A DNA stretch of 53,468 bases, taken from assembly GCA_012517095.1 (NCBI GenBank), contig JAAYVQ010000268.1:1-53468 (forward strand), given 5' to 3'. The notes below the pieces were generated by a model that had not been told where the DNA came from, did not search any database, and was given only the letters and a program-made list of their open reading frames with translations. The position numbers and the translations under genes are program-made. Source of the stretch: Phycisphaerae bacterium. Lineage in GTDB: Bacteria > Planctomycetota > Phycisphaerae > Sedimentisphaerales > Anaerohalosphaeraceae. This document shows, piece by piece, positions 19,026-28,289 of this stretch (position 1 is its first letter; each line of letters begins with the position of its first letter).

Positions 19026-20585
19026 ATGAAACGACAGATTGACAGATCGAGAATACCGGTTTGGGCGGCGATTCTAATCTGCCTGGGGGTATGGCTTTGC
19101 CTGTCTGATCCGGTGAATGACGCAGGGGCACAGCCGACTGCGGGTTCTTTGTCGAACTCGCAGGAGGTGCTGGCCGTGGTCATCCCCTGCAAGGGCATGA
19201 TCGACGATGGTCTCTACAAGTCCATCCGTCGGCGTTGTGATCAGGCGTTGGCTATGGGAGCGGGGTATCTATTGTTTGAGATGCAGACCTACGGCGGTCT
19301 GGTCAAGTCCGCCGACGATATTGCCAAGTACCTGATCCTCGATGTCGGAAAACGCGCCCACACCGTCGCCTGGATCACCACCGAGGCCATTAGCGCCGGG
19401 GCTATGATCAGCGTCTCCTGCCACGACATCGTCATGCTTGAAAAAACCACCATTGGCGACTGCGCCCCGATTCTCATGGGCGATACGCTCGAAGGCGTCG
19501 AACGCGAAAAACAGGAAAGTTTTATCCGTGCCACCTTCCTCCGTGCCGCCGAGGCAAACAAATATCCAGCCCCGCTCTTGAAGGCCATGGTTACCCAGAA
19601 GATCGAGGTGTATCGAGTCCTCAACACCAAGACGAATTCCTGGGAGTATTTCGAAGGCGATGCGCTGCCGACAGATGAGAAACTCTACAATCTGGGGGGC
19701 AAGGAGAAGATCGATTCGGCCGACGAGATTCTGACCTTGACGGCCGCTCAAGCCAAGGAATATGGCATCGCCCGCGAGGTGGTCCAGGATCTTGAAGGGG
19801 CCCTGAGTTTTCTGGCCGCCCGTGACAAGATCACCTTCTCCCCGAAACGGATTGTCCTGACCACCACATGGTCGGAAGAAATGGTCCGTTGGCTCAACTC
19901 CCCGGTTGTGATGAGTATTCTGGTCATGCTCACCATGCTCGGCGTCTATGTCGAATTTCATACGCCGGGTCTGGGACTGGCCGGAGGGGTCGCGGTTATC
20001 TGTCTGGTCCTGATCGTCTGCAGCAAGTATCTGATCGGCTTAGCCAACTGGATCGAGATTGCGGTTTTTGTCATTGGGCTTATTTTGCTGGCTGTAGAAC
20101 TGTTCCTGTTGCCGGGTTTTGGCATCGCAGGTTTTGCCGGGATCACCTGCATGATTGCGGGTTTGTTTGGAATGCTCATTCGAAACGCCCCCGGCGAGGT
20201 CCCTTGGCCGACCGACCGCTGGGCATGGCAAACGCTCCTCGATGGTCTGGTTGCGATCAGTTTCGGCTGTCTGGGTTTTCTCATCCTGGCATTTTTCCTG
20301 GCCAAACGCCTGCCAAAATCGAAACTGTTTCGCGGGCTGTCTCTGGCTCCGGTTCCGGCCGGACCGACCCTGCCCATCAGCATTGTCGCGCCGAACCCGG
20401 CGGCAAGCATTAAAGTCGGCGATAACGGTAAAGCCATCACGACATTGCGGCCCGCCGGTCAGGCCCGTTTTGCCGGCCAGGTCGTCGATGTCGTTTCTGA
20501 AGGTGCCTTTATCCCGGCCGGTTCCGAGATCCGGATTCGGGCCATCGAAGGCAACCGCGTGATCGTTCGGGAGGACAAGGCCTGA
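19026..20585 (+). CDS. NfeD family membrane-bound ClpP-class serine protease (long form)
   Basis: Signal/TM N-terminus, ClpP-like domain (...TYGGLVKSADDI...AISAGAMI...), 4-5 TM segments, and a C-terminal NfeD OB-fold (GKAITTLRPAGQARFAGQVVDVVSEGAFI). Start at MKRQIDRS (19026). Confidence 0.8.
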   Translation: MKRQIDRSRIPVWAAILICLGVWLCLSDPVNDAGAQPTAGSLSNSQEVLAVVIPCKGMIDDGLYKSIRRRCDQALAMGAGYLLFEMQTYGGLVKSADDIAKYLILDVGKRAHTVAWITTEAISAGAMISVSCHDIVMLEKTTIGDCAPILMGDTLEGVEREKQESFIRATFLRAAEANKYPAPLLKAMVTQKIEVYRVLNTKTNSWEYFEGDALPTDEKLYNLGGKEKIDSADEILTLTAAQAKEYGIAREVVQDLEGALSFLAARDKITFSPKRIVLTTTWSEEMVRWLNSPVVMSILVMLTMLGVYVEFHTPGLGLAGGVAVICLVLIVCSKYLIGLANWIEIAVFVIGLILLAVELFLLPGFGIAGFAGITCMIAGLFGMLIRNAPGEVPWPTDRWAWQTLLDGLVAISFGCLGFLILAFFLAKRLPKSKLFRGLSLAPVPAGPTLPISIVAPNPAASIKVGDNGKAITTLRPAGQARFAGQVVDVVSEGAFIPAGSEIRIRAIEGNRVIVREDKA

Positions 20586-20586
20586 C

Positions 20587-21102
20587 ATGAACATGCTATT
20601 CATGATCTTATTTGGTATCTTTTTGTATGTCGTCGGGGCCGCACTGATGGCTGTCGAATTGTTCGTACCCAGTTTTGGACTGCTTACGATCTGTTCGATC
20701 GCTTGTTTGATCGGCGGCGGTGCGGTATTTTTCCAGTTCGGACCGGGGATCGGCTGGATCGGCGTAGGTGTCGGGTTTGTGGTCGTCCCGATTGTCTGGT
20801 TTATCGTCTATAAGCTGTTCCCGCACACTGCGATGGGCCGGGCGATTATGATCGGCAGACCCAATCGCAGCAAAGGCGATGGGATTCCCGACGGTCCTCA
20901 ACTGGTTGCCCTGATGAACCGCAGGGGGGTCACCTTGTCACAACATCGTCCGGTCGGCATCTGCGATTTTGACGGACGGCGCGTCGAATGCGTCGCCGAA
21001 TCCGGAATTATCGTTAAAGGCAAACCAGTCCGCGTCGTTCATGTCGAAGGAATGCGGGTCACAGTGAGAGAGATGGACGAATCAACAGAGCATCTCAAAT
21101 AA
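20587..21102 (+). CDS. NfeD-like membrane protein (short form: TM region plus C-terminal OB-fold)
   Basis: Three TM helices, then [38 protein letters not shown], an NfeD C-terminal beta-barrel pattern. It starts 2 nt after the previous stop. Confidence 0.65.
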   Translation: MNMLFMILFGIFLYVVGAALMAVELFVPSFGLLTICSIACLIGGGAVFFQFGPGIGWIGVGVGFVVVPIVWFIVYKLFPHTAMGRAIMIGRPNRSKGDGIPDGPQLVALMNRRGVTLSQHRPVGICDFDGRRVECVAESGIIVKGKPVRVVHVEGMRVTVREMDESTEHLK

Positions 21103-21133
21103 CGAACGGATCCAATACGGAAAGGGGATTACG

Positions 21134-22168
21134 ATGGTATATCTGGTAGCGGTCAACTGGACGATCTGGAAACTTGCCGGGGCGATCATCGGCGGGTTTA
21201 TCGGGCTTCTGATTCTTCTTCTGGCGATCTCGTACGGGAGCTTATGGTTTCAGGCCTTCTTTTCCGGCGCGCCGGTTTCGATTCTCTCGCTGGTCGGAAT
21301 GTCCCTGCGAAAGGTCAATGCCCGTACCATCGTTGTCAGCCGAATCATGGCCATCCGCGCGGGGCTGGATCTGACGGCCGAAGAACTGGAAAGCCACTAT
21401 CTGGCCGGCGGCCGCGTGATGAATGTCGTCCGTGCCCTGATCGCCGCCGACCGTGCCAACATCAAGCTGACCTTCAAGGTCGCCACCGCCATCGATCTGG
21501 CCGGCCGTGATATTCTCGATGCCGTTCAGACCAGCGTGAATCCCAAGGTCATCGATTGTCCCGACCCGACCAAGGGCAAGGAGACCATTGATGCCGTTGC
21601 TCAAGACGGCATCCAGCTCCGGGCCAAGGCCCGCGTGACGGTTCGGGCCAATATCGATCGCCTTATCGGCGGGGCGACGGAAGAGACGATCATCGCCCGT
21701 GTCGGCGAAGGCATTGTAACTACAATTGGAAGTTCTCTCAATCACAAGAGCGTGCTCGAAAATCCCGACCGTATCTCCAAGGCCGTGCTTGAAAAGGGTC
21801 TGGATGCCGGAACGGCCTTCGAGATTCTCTCCATCGACATTGCGGATGTCGATGTGGGTGACAACATCGGAGCTCAGCTCCAAAAAGCACAGGCCATGGC
21901 CGACCAGGCCCGTGCTGTGGCCGAGGCCGAAAAACGCCGCGCAATGGCTATCGCCCGCCAGGAAGAAATGCGGGCCCTCGTCCACGAAAACCGAGCCAAG
22001 GTCGTCCTGGCTGAGGCCGAGATTCCCAAGGCCATGGCCGAGGCCTTTCGTGCCGGAAACTTCGGTATCATGGATTACTACCGCATGAAGAATGTTATGG
22101 CCGATACCTCCATGCGGGACTCCATCGCCGGTATGGGCAAAGACAAGGACAAGGAAAAGGGATCCTGA
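21134..22168 (+). CDS. floA: flotillin-like protein FloA (YqfA/UPF0365)
   Basis: N-terminal hairpin TM, an SPFH-like core (..[31 protein letters not shown]...[11 protein letters not shown]...) and an Ala/Glu-rich coiled coil. Synteny with nfeD as in the B. subtilis yqeZ-yqfA operon. Confidence 0.85.
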   Translation: MVYLVAVNWTIWKLAGAIIGGFIGLLILLLAISYGSLWFQAFFSGAPVSILSLVGMSLRKVNARTIVVSRIMAIRAGLDLTAEELESHYLAGGRVMNVVRALIAADRANIKLTFKVATAIDLAGRDILDAVQTSVNPKVIDCPDPTKGKETIDAVAQDGIQLRAKARVTVRANIDRLIGGATEETIIARVGEGIVTTIGSSLNHKSVLENPDRISKAVLEKGLDAGTAFEILSIDIADVDVGDNIGAQLQKAQAMADQARAVAEAEKRRAMAIARQEEMRALVHENRAKVVLAEAEIPKAMAEAFRAGNFGIMDYYRMKNVMADTSMRDSIAGMGKDKDKEKGS

Positions 22169-22171
22169 TTC

Positions 22172-22903
22172 ATGTTCATAGGGCTTGACATGTTGGCCGC
22201 CCGAGGCACAGATATTGCCGATTGGATGGATATTCTTGTCCCTCTTGTTCTCGCGGTGATCTATGGGATCAATTGGTTGATCTCGAAAGCGGTTGAGTCC
22301 GCAAAAAAAGATCGTTCGACCAATGAGGCCCCCGGCGACAAGGAACAACCGCTTCCGGTTCGCCGGCATAAAACCTCGCCCCTGAACCGGGCTGTTCCGA
22401 TCAAAAAGCCGCCAACTCTATCACAGGAACTGGGTAGATTGGCCGGCCATGTGATGAGTCAGGCCAATCTTCAAAATCAAAAACCGGCCGAATCACCGAA
22501 CCAGACGCCCTTACCGCCTCGGCGTGCTCCGGTTAGACCCCAGCAAATCCCTCAGCCCCGTCCGCAACCGGCGCCGATTCCTGCTGTGCCACAACAACCT
22601 CGTCCTCTTGTCCGTTCGCGGCCGGAGCCGTCGCCCCAACCTTCACCCGTTCAACGGGCGGTTTCATCCAAACCTCGATCCGCCCCCGTTGCTGCCGCCG
22701 TGGGACAACCGCCGAGGCAGGCCTCCCCGAAGAGTCCGGCAGTCGCTCAATCCCCGAAAGCCGAACCGGCTTCGGTGCCGAGTGCTCCGCAACTTCTCGG
22801 GTTCATGTTTGGCGATCAGGAGCACCTCTATGATGCTATTATCTTCTCCGAAATTTTTGGCCGACCGGTGGCTCTCCGCTCCGAGGATCCCAATCTTTAT
22901 TGA
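22172..22903 (+). CDS. hypothetical membrane-anchored proline-rich protein
   Basis: One TM segment (ILVPLVLAVIYGINWLI), then about 150 aa of P/Q/R/S-rich low complexity and a short conserved-looking tail (LLGFMFGDQEHLYDAIIFSEIFGRP). It starts 3 nt after the floA stop. Confidence 0.5.
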   Translation: MFIGLDMLAARGTDIADWMDILVPLVLAVIYGINWLISKAVESAKKDRSTNEAPGDKEQPLPVRRHKTSPLNRAVPIKKPPTLSQELGRLAGHVMSQANLQNQKPAESPNQTPLPPRRAPVRPQQIPQPRPQPAPIPAVPQQPRPLVRSRPEPSPQPSPVQRAVSSKPRSAPVAAAVGQPPRQASPKSPAVAQSPKAEPASVPSAPQLLGFMFGDQEHLYDAIIFSEIFGRPVALRSEDPNLY

Positions 22904-23013
22904 AACAGTAAATTAAGCATCTATTCTATTCAAATTGTCGAATTTCATGTTCTGAATCTTCGAGACGGAGAGAGACAGTCTTCAGTATATCGATCCAAGA
23001 AAAGGGGGGAAGT

Positions 23014-24480
23014 TTATGACGGTCTCGAACCCGGCGTGGCAAGGACGAAAGCGGTGATGAAAGTGATGGTCGTCCCGATGACGATGAGCCAGGTCCATGC
23101 CAGGGTGATGATCTCCATTTGGATGAGGATCCAGAGAGCCGTTGTGATGATTGAGCCGGTGAGCATGGCGAGGATGTTGGATCCGTTGGCGGTACGGCGC
23201 GTAAGCAGGCCGAAGAGGAAGACTCCGAGAAGCGCGCACGCCGGCAGGCCAACCAGTTCGAAGGCCTTCCAAACCAGATTGTCCACCCCTGTACAAGCAA
23301 AAGCGATACCCACCAGAACCAGGCCGAACGCGACCACCCCGATCCGGGAGACGAACAGGTAATGTGTTTCGGAAGCGTTACGACGGATGAGGGGGCGATA
23401 AATATCGGTGACGAAACTACTGGTCAGGGAACTGAGAGGGGAGTCGATACTGGCCAGGATAATGGCGGCCAGGATGAATCCTTTGAGGCCGACGGGTAAT
23501 GAGGTTAGAACGAAGTGCGACAGAACCTTCTTGGCCTCGACGGGAGGTGTGGTCTGTGGGTTGGTGTAGAAGACATACAAAAGGGTACCGACGATGAGAT
23601 ACATCCAATAAGCCGGAAGGACGGTAATGATCGTACTGAGAATGGTTTTCTGGCTCGCGCGGGCCGTACGAACGGTGAGGAGTCGTTGAACCATTTCCTG
23701 ATCTGCGCCAAAGGCGGCCATCGCGACAAAGCAACCGTTGGCGACACCGGCCCAAAAGATTGTATGGTCAGACCAGGAGAAATGGAAGTTGAAGATGCTC
23801 ATTTTGTCGGCGGCTTGTGCGGTCTGCCAGGCGGCGGTCACCCCCCCGTCGATATGGTTGAGCAGATAGAGAATCAGAACGACACCGGCGGACAGAAAGA
23901 CGACGGCCTGATAGGCGCCCGCCCATACCACGGCCTTAATGCCTCCGAATGCGATGAAGAGGATGCTGACGACGGTAAAGAGAAACAGAGTAGTCCACAA
24001 TGGCCACTGGAGAATAACGGCGACGGCCATCGAGGCGGCATAGAGGCGCAGGCCTGAACCGAGGAGCCGTGTGACGAAGAAAAAGGCCGACCCGGCGTAT
24101 TGCGTTTGGGGGCCGAAGCGGTGGCGGAGAAACTGGTAGATGCTGGTGCAGTTGTGGTGGTAGAAGGCGGGGATGAAGAGCCACGCAACAACAATGCGGG
24201 CAAGGATCTGGCCGATGAAAAATTGAAGCCATCGCCAGTTTTCGGAGTAGGCGGTGTGGGGAAAACTGACAAGGGTCAGAGCGCTGATCTCGGTGGCAAC
24301 GAACGATAACGATGCGGCCAGCGGCGGAACTTTACGCCCACCGAGGAAAAAGTCGGTCGTGTCCTTTTCCTCTCGGCCAAAGACCCAGGAAACGACCAGC
24401 AACAGGGCGACGGAAATCCCCACGACAGCCAGGTCCAGCGGCGCCAGAACGGCCAAACAAGGTAGAGCGGCAGGGATCAT
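23014..24480 (-). CDS. sodium:solute symporter family transporter
   Basis: About 13 TM segments and SSS-family features (FFLGGR near the N-terminus). Its start overlaps the murQ stop as ATGA. Confidence 0.8.
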   Translation of the reverse strand: MIPAALPCLAVLAPLDLAVVGISVALLLVVSWVFGREEKDTTDFFLGGRKVPPLAASLSFVATEISALTLVSFPHTAYSENWRWLQFFIGQILARIVVAWLFIPAFYHHNCTSIYQFLRHRFGPQTQYAGSAFFFVTRLLGSGLRLYAASMAVAVILQWPLWTTLFLFTVVSILFIAFGGIKAVVWAGAYQAVVFLSAGVVLILYLLNHIDGGVTAAWQTAQAADKMSIFNFHFSWSDHTIFWAGVANGCFVAMAAFGADQEMVQRLLTVRTARASQKTILSTIITVLPAYWMYLIVGTLLYVFYTNPQTTPPVEAKKVLSHFVLTSLPVGLKGFILAAIILASIDSPLSSLTSSFVTDIYRPLIRRNASETHYLFVSRIGVVAFGLVLVGIAFACTGVDNLVWKAFELVGLPACALLGVFLFGLLTRRTANGSNILAMLTGSIITTALWILIQMEIITLAWTWLIVIGTTITFITAFVLATPGSRPS

Positions 24481-25379
24481 TTGCGGTCCTCAATGGCTTT
24501 ACGGAGTAGCTGGCCGCAGTCGTCGAGGATTTCGGCGGCGCGGGTGACCGAAACAGAACGATGGTGCATAACGATGGCGAGCTTGACACGACCGTCGGCG
24601 CGGGCGAGTAACTTGGCGGCGGCCCGTCGCGATAATCCCGTCATTTCCATGACAATGCGGACGGAACGGTCTCGGAGTTTGTTGTTGGTGGCTTTCAAAT
24701 CGACCATGAGATTGCCATACACTTTTCCCAGACGGATCATCGTCACGGTGGTCAGGGTGTTGAGAACCAGCTTGGTGGCGGTGCCGGCCTTCATACGGGT
24801 TGAACCCGTGATGACTTCGGGACCGACGACGGGGTTGATGACGATTTCGGCGGGTACATGAGAAACGGCTTCTGGCGAACAAGTAATGAAGATTGTACCG
24901 GCCCCGATGGCGAGGGCTCGTTTGAGGGCAGCGCGGACGAAAGGCGTCAGGCCGCAGGCGGCGATTCCGACCACGACATCGCGCGAGCGGATGCGGCGGC
25001 GATCGATGACGGTGGCGCCGGCCGATTCGTTATCCTCGGCGCCTTCGACGGCGCGGACGAGGGCCCGCCGGCCGCCGGCGATGATGCCTTGAACGAGGGT
25101 TGGCGGCACGCCGAAAGTCGGGGGACATTCGGCAGCGTCGAGCACGCCAAGCCGGCCGCTGGTGCCGGCGCCGACATAGAATAATCGACCTCCGCGGCGG
25201 AATCGTTTGACGATCATCTCGACGGCGGCGGCGATAGCGCGAGACTGGTTGCCGACGGCTGGGACGACGAGTCGGTCTTCGGAGTTGATCAGCCGAACGA
25301 TACGGAGGGTGGCGAACCGGTCGATGTCGCGGCTGCGGGGGTTGCGTTTTTCGGTCAGGGGCAGGATGCGTTTTTTCAT
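24477..25379 (-). CDS. murQ: N-acetylmuramic acid 6-phosphate etherase
   Basis: TEKRNPRS.DID, SIS domain GAGTSGRLG, GSTRMKAGTA.K. ATGA overlap with anmK. Confidence 0.9.
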   Translation of the reverse strand: MKKRILPLTEKRNPRSRDIDRFATLRIVRLINSEDRLVVPAVGNQSRAIAAAVEMIVKRFRRGGRLFYVGAGTSGRLGVLDAAECPPTFGVPPTLVQGIIAGGRRALVRAVEGAEDNESAGATVIDRRRIRSRDVVVGIAACGLTPFVRAALKRALAIGAGTIFITCSPEAVSHVPAEIVINPVVGPEVITGSTRMKAGTATKLVLNTLTTVTMIRLGKVYGNLMVDLKATNNKLRDRSVRIVMEMTGLSRRAAAKLLARADGRVKLAIVMHHRSVSVTRAAEILDDCGQLLRKAIEDRK

Positions 25380-26563
25380 GGGACAGGTACGATCTTTCCA
25401 AGGATAACTGGGCGTTTAGCGCCGGTGGCAGAAGGGACATTGTTTGGACTGCCGAGGGCGCTGGCGCGGGCAAGGATCGCAAAAGCCACGGCCTCGCGTG
25501 CGTCGATGGGGATGCCAAGTTCGTCGGTGGTACGAAGGGGAATGTCCGGCAATAAGTCGGCGAGCATTCGAACCAGCGTGCGGTTGTGGGCACCACCTCC
25601 GGCCAGATATATTTCATCGGGCATCCGCGGAAGAAATCGGCGGTAGGCGTCGGCGATGGTTTGCGCGGTGAAAGCAGTCACAGTGATTAGAACATCTTCG
25701 TTACGGAGCCGAAAGCGACGAGCTAATTTCAGGAGTTCATGGCAATATAATATCCCGAAATCCTCCCGGCCCGTGGATTTTGGGGGCTCTTTGCGGAAAT
25801 AAGGATGTCGAAGCATTTGCGCAAGGAGCGGACGATGGACAGTGCCGTTGGCGGCCAGACGGCCGCCGGGATCGTAAGTCTGCTTGCCTTGCGTAAACAG
25901 ATCCACGAGGCCATCAATGACCATGTTGCCCGGCCCGGTATCGAAGGCCAAGATCTCGTCGATTGTGCATCGAGCGGGCAACCAGGTGACATTGCCAATC
26001 CCGCCGATGTTCTGGATGGCCCTCGATTTTGTCGTATGGCGGAAGAGTACAAAATCGCTGTAGGGGACAAGCGGCGCACCCTGACCGCCCGCGGCGAGAT
26101 CGGCGGTACGGAAATCGGCGACGGTTGTGATCCCGGTGCGCTGGGCGATGACGGCCGGTTCGCCAATCTGCAGCGTGGAAGGAACGGCGGCTCGGCCGAA
26201 ACGACGGCCCTTTGGATCATGCCAGATGGTCTGGCCGTGCGATCCGATCAGATCGATAGAACCCGGCGGAATGCGATGTTTGCGGCAGGTTCGGAGGAGG
26301 GCCTCGGCAAAGAGTCTGCCGACGAGAAAGTTCATGAAGCCAATATCCGCAGTTGAACCGGAATTGGGTCTGCAAAGCTGCAGAAGGTCTTGACGCACGG
26401 ATAAAGGCCAGGGGATGGTCTCAAACGCAGTCAGCCGCACTACCACGCGGGAATTCCGTGGGGCCAAATCGATCACCGCCACATCAATCCCGTCCAGGGA
26501 TGTCCCGGACATCAGGCCGGCGATTCGCCACGGCCGTCCGGTATGTCGATCCTTCGGTTGCAC
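25376..26563 (-). CDS. anmK: anhydro-N-acetylmuramic acid kinase
   Basis: GLMSGTSLDGIDVA, HGQTIWH, DFR..D.A.GGQGAPL, NIGGI.N motifs. GTG start at 26563. Confidence 0.9.
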   Translation of the reverse strand: MQPKDRHTGRPWRIAGLMSGTSLDGIDVAVIDLAPRNSRVVVRLTAFETIPWPLSVRQDLLQLCRPNSGSTADIGFMNFLVGRLFAEALLRTCRKHRIPPGSIDLIGSHGQTIWHDPKGRRFGRAAVPSTLQIGEPAVIAQRTGITTVADFRTADLAAGGQGAPLVPYSDFVLFRHTTKSRAIQNIGGIGNVTWLPARCTIDEILAFDTGPGNMVIDGLVDLFTQGKQTYDPGGRLAANGTVHRPLLAQMLRHPYFRKEPPKSTGREDFGILYCHELLKLARRFRLRNEDVLITVTAFTAQTIADAYRRFLPRMPDEIYLAGGGAHNRTLVRMLADLLPDIPLRTTDELGIPIDAREAVAFAILARASALGSPNNVPSATGAKRPVILGKIVPVP

Positions 26564-26646
26564 AAGAGGTCTCCGTTTCTGAATGGGATTCTACCGGCCC
26601 CGGGGAGGATTGGCAATACGGGACCCCAACGGGATCAAACGGAAAC

Positions 26647-26675
26647 TTTACGACCAACGGCGATGTCTCTATAAT
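26647..26675 (+). promoter_or_regulatory. sigma70-like promoter candidate for zwf
   Basis: TTTACG (26647-26652), 17-nt spacer, perfect TATAAT (26670-26675). A GGAG Shine-Dalgarno precedes the ATG at 26721. Confidence 0.35.
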
Positions 26676-26720
26676 TCCGGTATTGAGCAATGTTGAACGC
26701 CTCGTTGAGGGAGACGGACG

Positions 26721-28277
26721 ATGAACAACCAATCGCTGGAAAACAAACTGGTCCCGATACCGGATCGCCGGGAAATGCTCTGCGCCGAGACGCCGGGTGG
26801 GCCGTGTGGAGTGGTGGTCTTCGGGGCGTCGGGGGATCTGGCGAAACGAAAGTTGTACGGTAGTTTATTTGAATTATACCGGAGACGGTTACTCAACGAT
26901 CGATTTTATTGTGTCGGATGCGGACGAACGGCGCTGACGAACGAGGCCTTTCGTGAAATGGTGAGCCAGTCCCTGGGGAATCGGGACTCGGAGGAGGTAC
27001 GGAAATTCGTTGATCGATTTTCGTATCTGAGCGGCGATTACTCCGATCCCGTGTTGTATCAGGGCCTGCGAACGGCGATGACAGAGGCCGACCGCCGCTG
27101 GTCGGTTTCCGGGCGACGGATATTTTATTTATCGGTTCCGCCAACCTTGTATGAGACGATTGCCAATGCGCTGGGAAGTTCGAGTTTGGCACAACCAGCG
27201 GTAACGCCCGATCCCGAAGCGCCAATCTTAATTCTCGAAAAGCCGTTTGGCCGAGACCTGGATTCGGCGATTGGCCTCAATTCCGTCTTGCGGCGGCATT
27301 TCGAGGAATCGCAGATTTACCGAATTGACCACTATCTTGGTAAAGAGACGGTACAGAATATTTTAATGTTCCGATTTGCCAACGCGATCTTTGAGCCGAT
27401 CTGGAATCGTAACTATATCCAACAGGTTCAGATCACGATCGCTGAAACGGTGGGCGTTGAACATCGCAGCGGTTACTACGACCAGACCGGGGCGATGCGC
27501 GACATGTTTCAAAACCACATGCTGGGAATGCTGGCGCTGGTGGCGATGGAACCGCCGGTGGCGTTTGCGGCCGAGGCGATCCGCGACGAGCGAGTCAAGC
27601 TGCTGCGAAGCGTTCGCCCCATGCGCTGCCAACCCTGGGCCACGGACATCGTTCGCGGGCAATACGGTTCGGGCGCAATCGATGGGCAACCCGTATCCGG
27701 TTATCGGCAGGAGCCGGATATCGGGAAAGACTCGCGAACGGAGACCTTTGTCGCGGCCCGTGCGTGGATTGACAACTGGCGATGGAAGGATGTACCGTTC
27801 TTTATGCGAACGGGGAAACGAATGTCCCGAAAGGTGACCGAGATTGCGATCGCTTTCCGGCCGGTGCCGCATTCAATGTTCGCGTCGGTGGGGCTGGACA
27901 ATCTGCCACCGAATGTGCTGGTGTTAAAGATCCAGCCGCAGGAGGGGATCCGAATGAGCTTTCAGGCCAAGCGCCCGGGCTCGAAGGTTTGTATGAGCAC
28001 ATTGTCGCTGGATTTCACCTATCGGGATTTGTTTGGCGCCGAAGCTCCCGAATCCTATCAGAGATTGTTGCTGGATGCGATGACGGGAGATCCGACATTG
28101 TTTCTGCGTCAGGATGACATTGAGGTGGCCTGGTCGCTGGTGACGCCGATCCTTCGGGCTTGGGAGAACGACGCGTCGATTCCGGCCGAATATCCGGCGG
28201 GTGCGGAATCATTTCCGGATGCCGATGCGATGATTCACGGCTCCGGGTTCGGATGGCGGAGATTATCCGAAATGTGA
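26721..28277 (+). CDS. zwf: glucose-6-phosphate dehydrogenase
   Basis: VVFGASGDLAKRKL NADP motif, RIDHYLGKE active-site motif, and the MFQNH..Q region. Confidence 0.92.
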   Translation: MNNQSLENKLVPIPDRREMLCAETPGGPCGVVVFGASGDLAKRKLYGSLFELYRRRLLNDRFYCVGCGRTALTNEAFREMVSQSLGNRDSEEVRKFVDRFSYLSGDYSDPVLYQGLRTAMTEADRRWSVSGRRIFYLSVPPTLYETIANALGSSSLAQPAVTPDPEAPILILEKPFGRDLDSAIGLNSVLRRHFEESQIYRIDHYLGKETVQNILMFRFANAIFEPIWNRNYIQQVQITIAETVGVEHRSGYYDQTGAMRDMFQNHMLGMLALVAMEPPVAFAAEAIRDERVKLLRSVRPMRCQPWATDIVRGQYGSGAIDGQPVSGYRQEPDIGKDSRTETFVAARAWIDNWRWKDVPFFMRTGKRMSRKVTEIAIAFRPVPHSMFASVGLDNLPPNVLVLKIQPQEGIRMSFQAKRPGSKVCMSTLSLDFTYRDLFGAEAPESYQRLLLDAMTGDPTLFLRQDDIEVAWSLVTPILRAWENDASIPAEYPAGAESFPDADAMIHGSGFGWRRLSEM

Positions 28278-28289
28278 AAGAGGAAAGGT

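Noticed and set aside
21242-22369. 375-aa minus-strand ORF
   Set aside because: It is antisense to floA. It is Gly/His/Asp-rich with no motifs, and is a shadow ORF.
22949-23028. 8-bp inverted repeat TTCGAGAC / GTCTCGAA between the convergent Pro-rich and symporter genes, as a possible bidirectional terminator
   Set aside because: The arms are about 65 nt apart, one arm lies inside the symporter coding sequence, and there is no U-tract. Not convincing.
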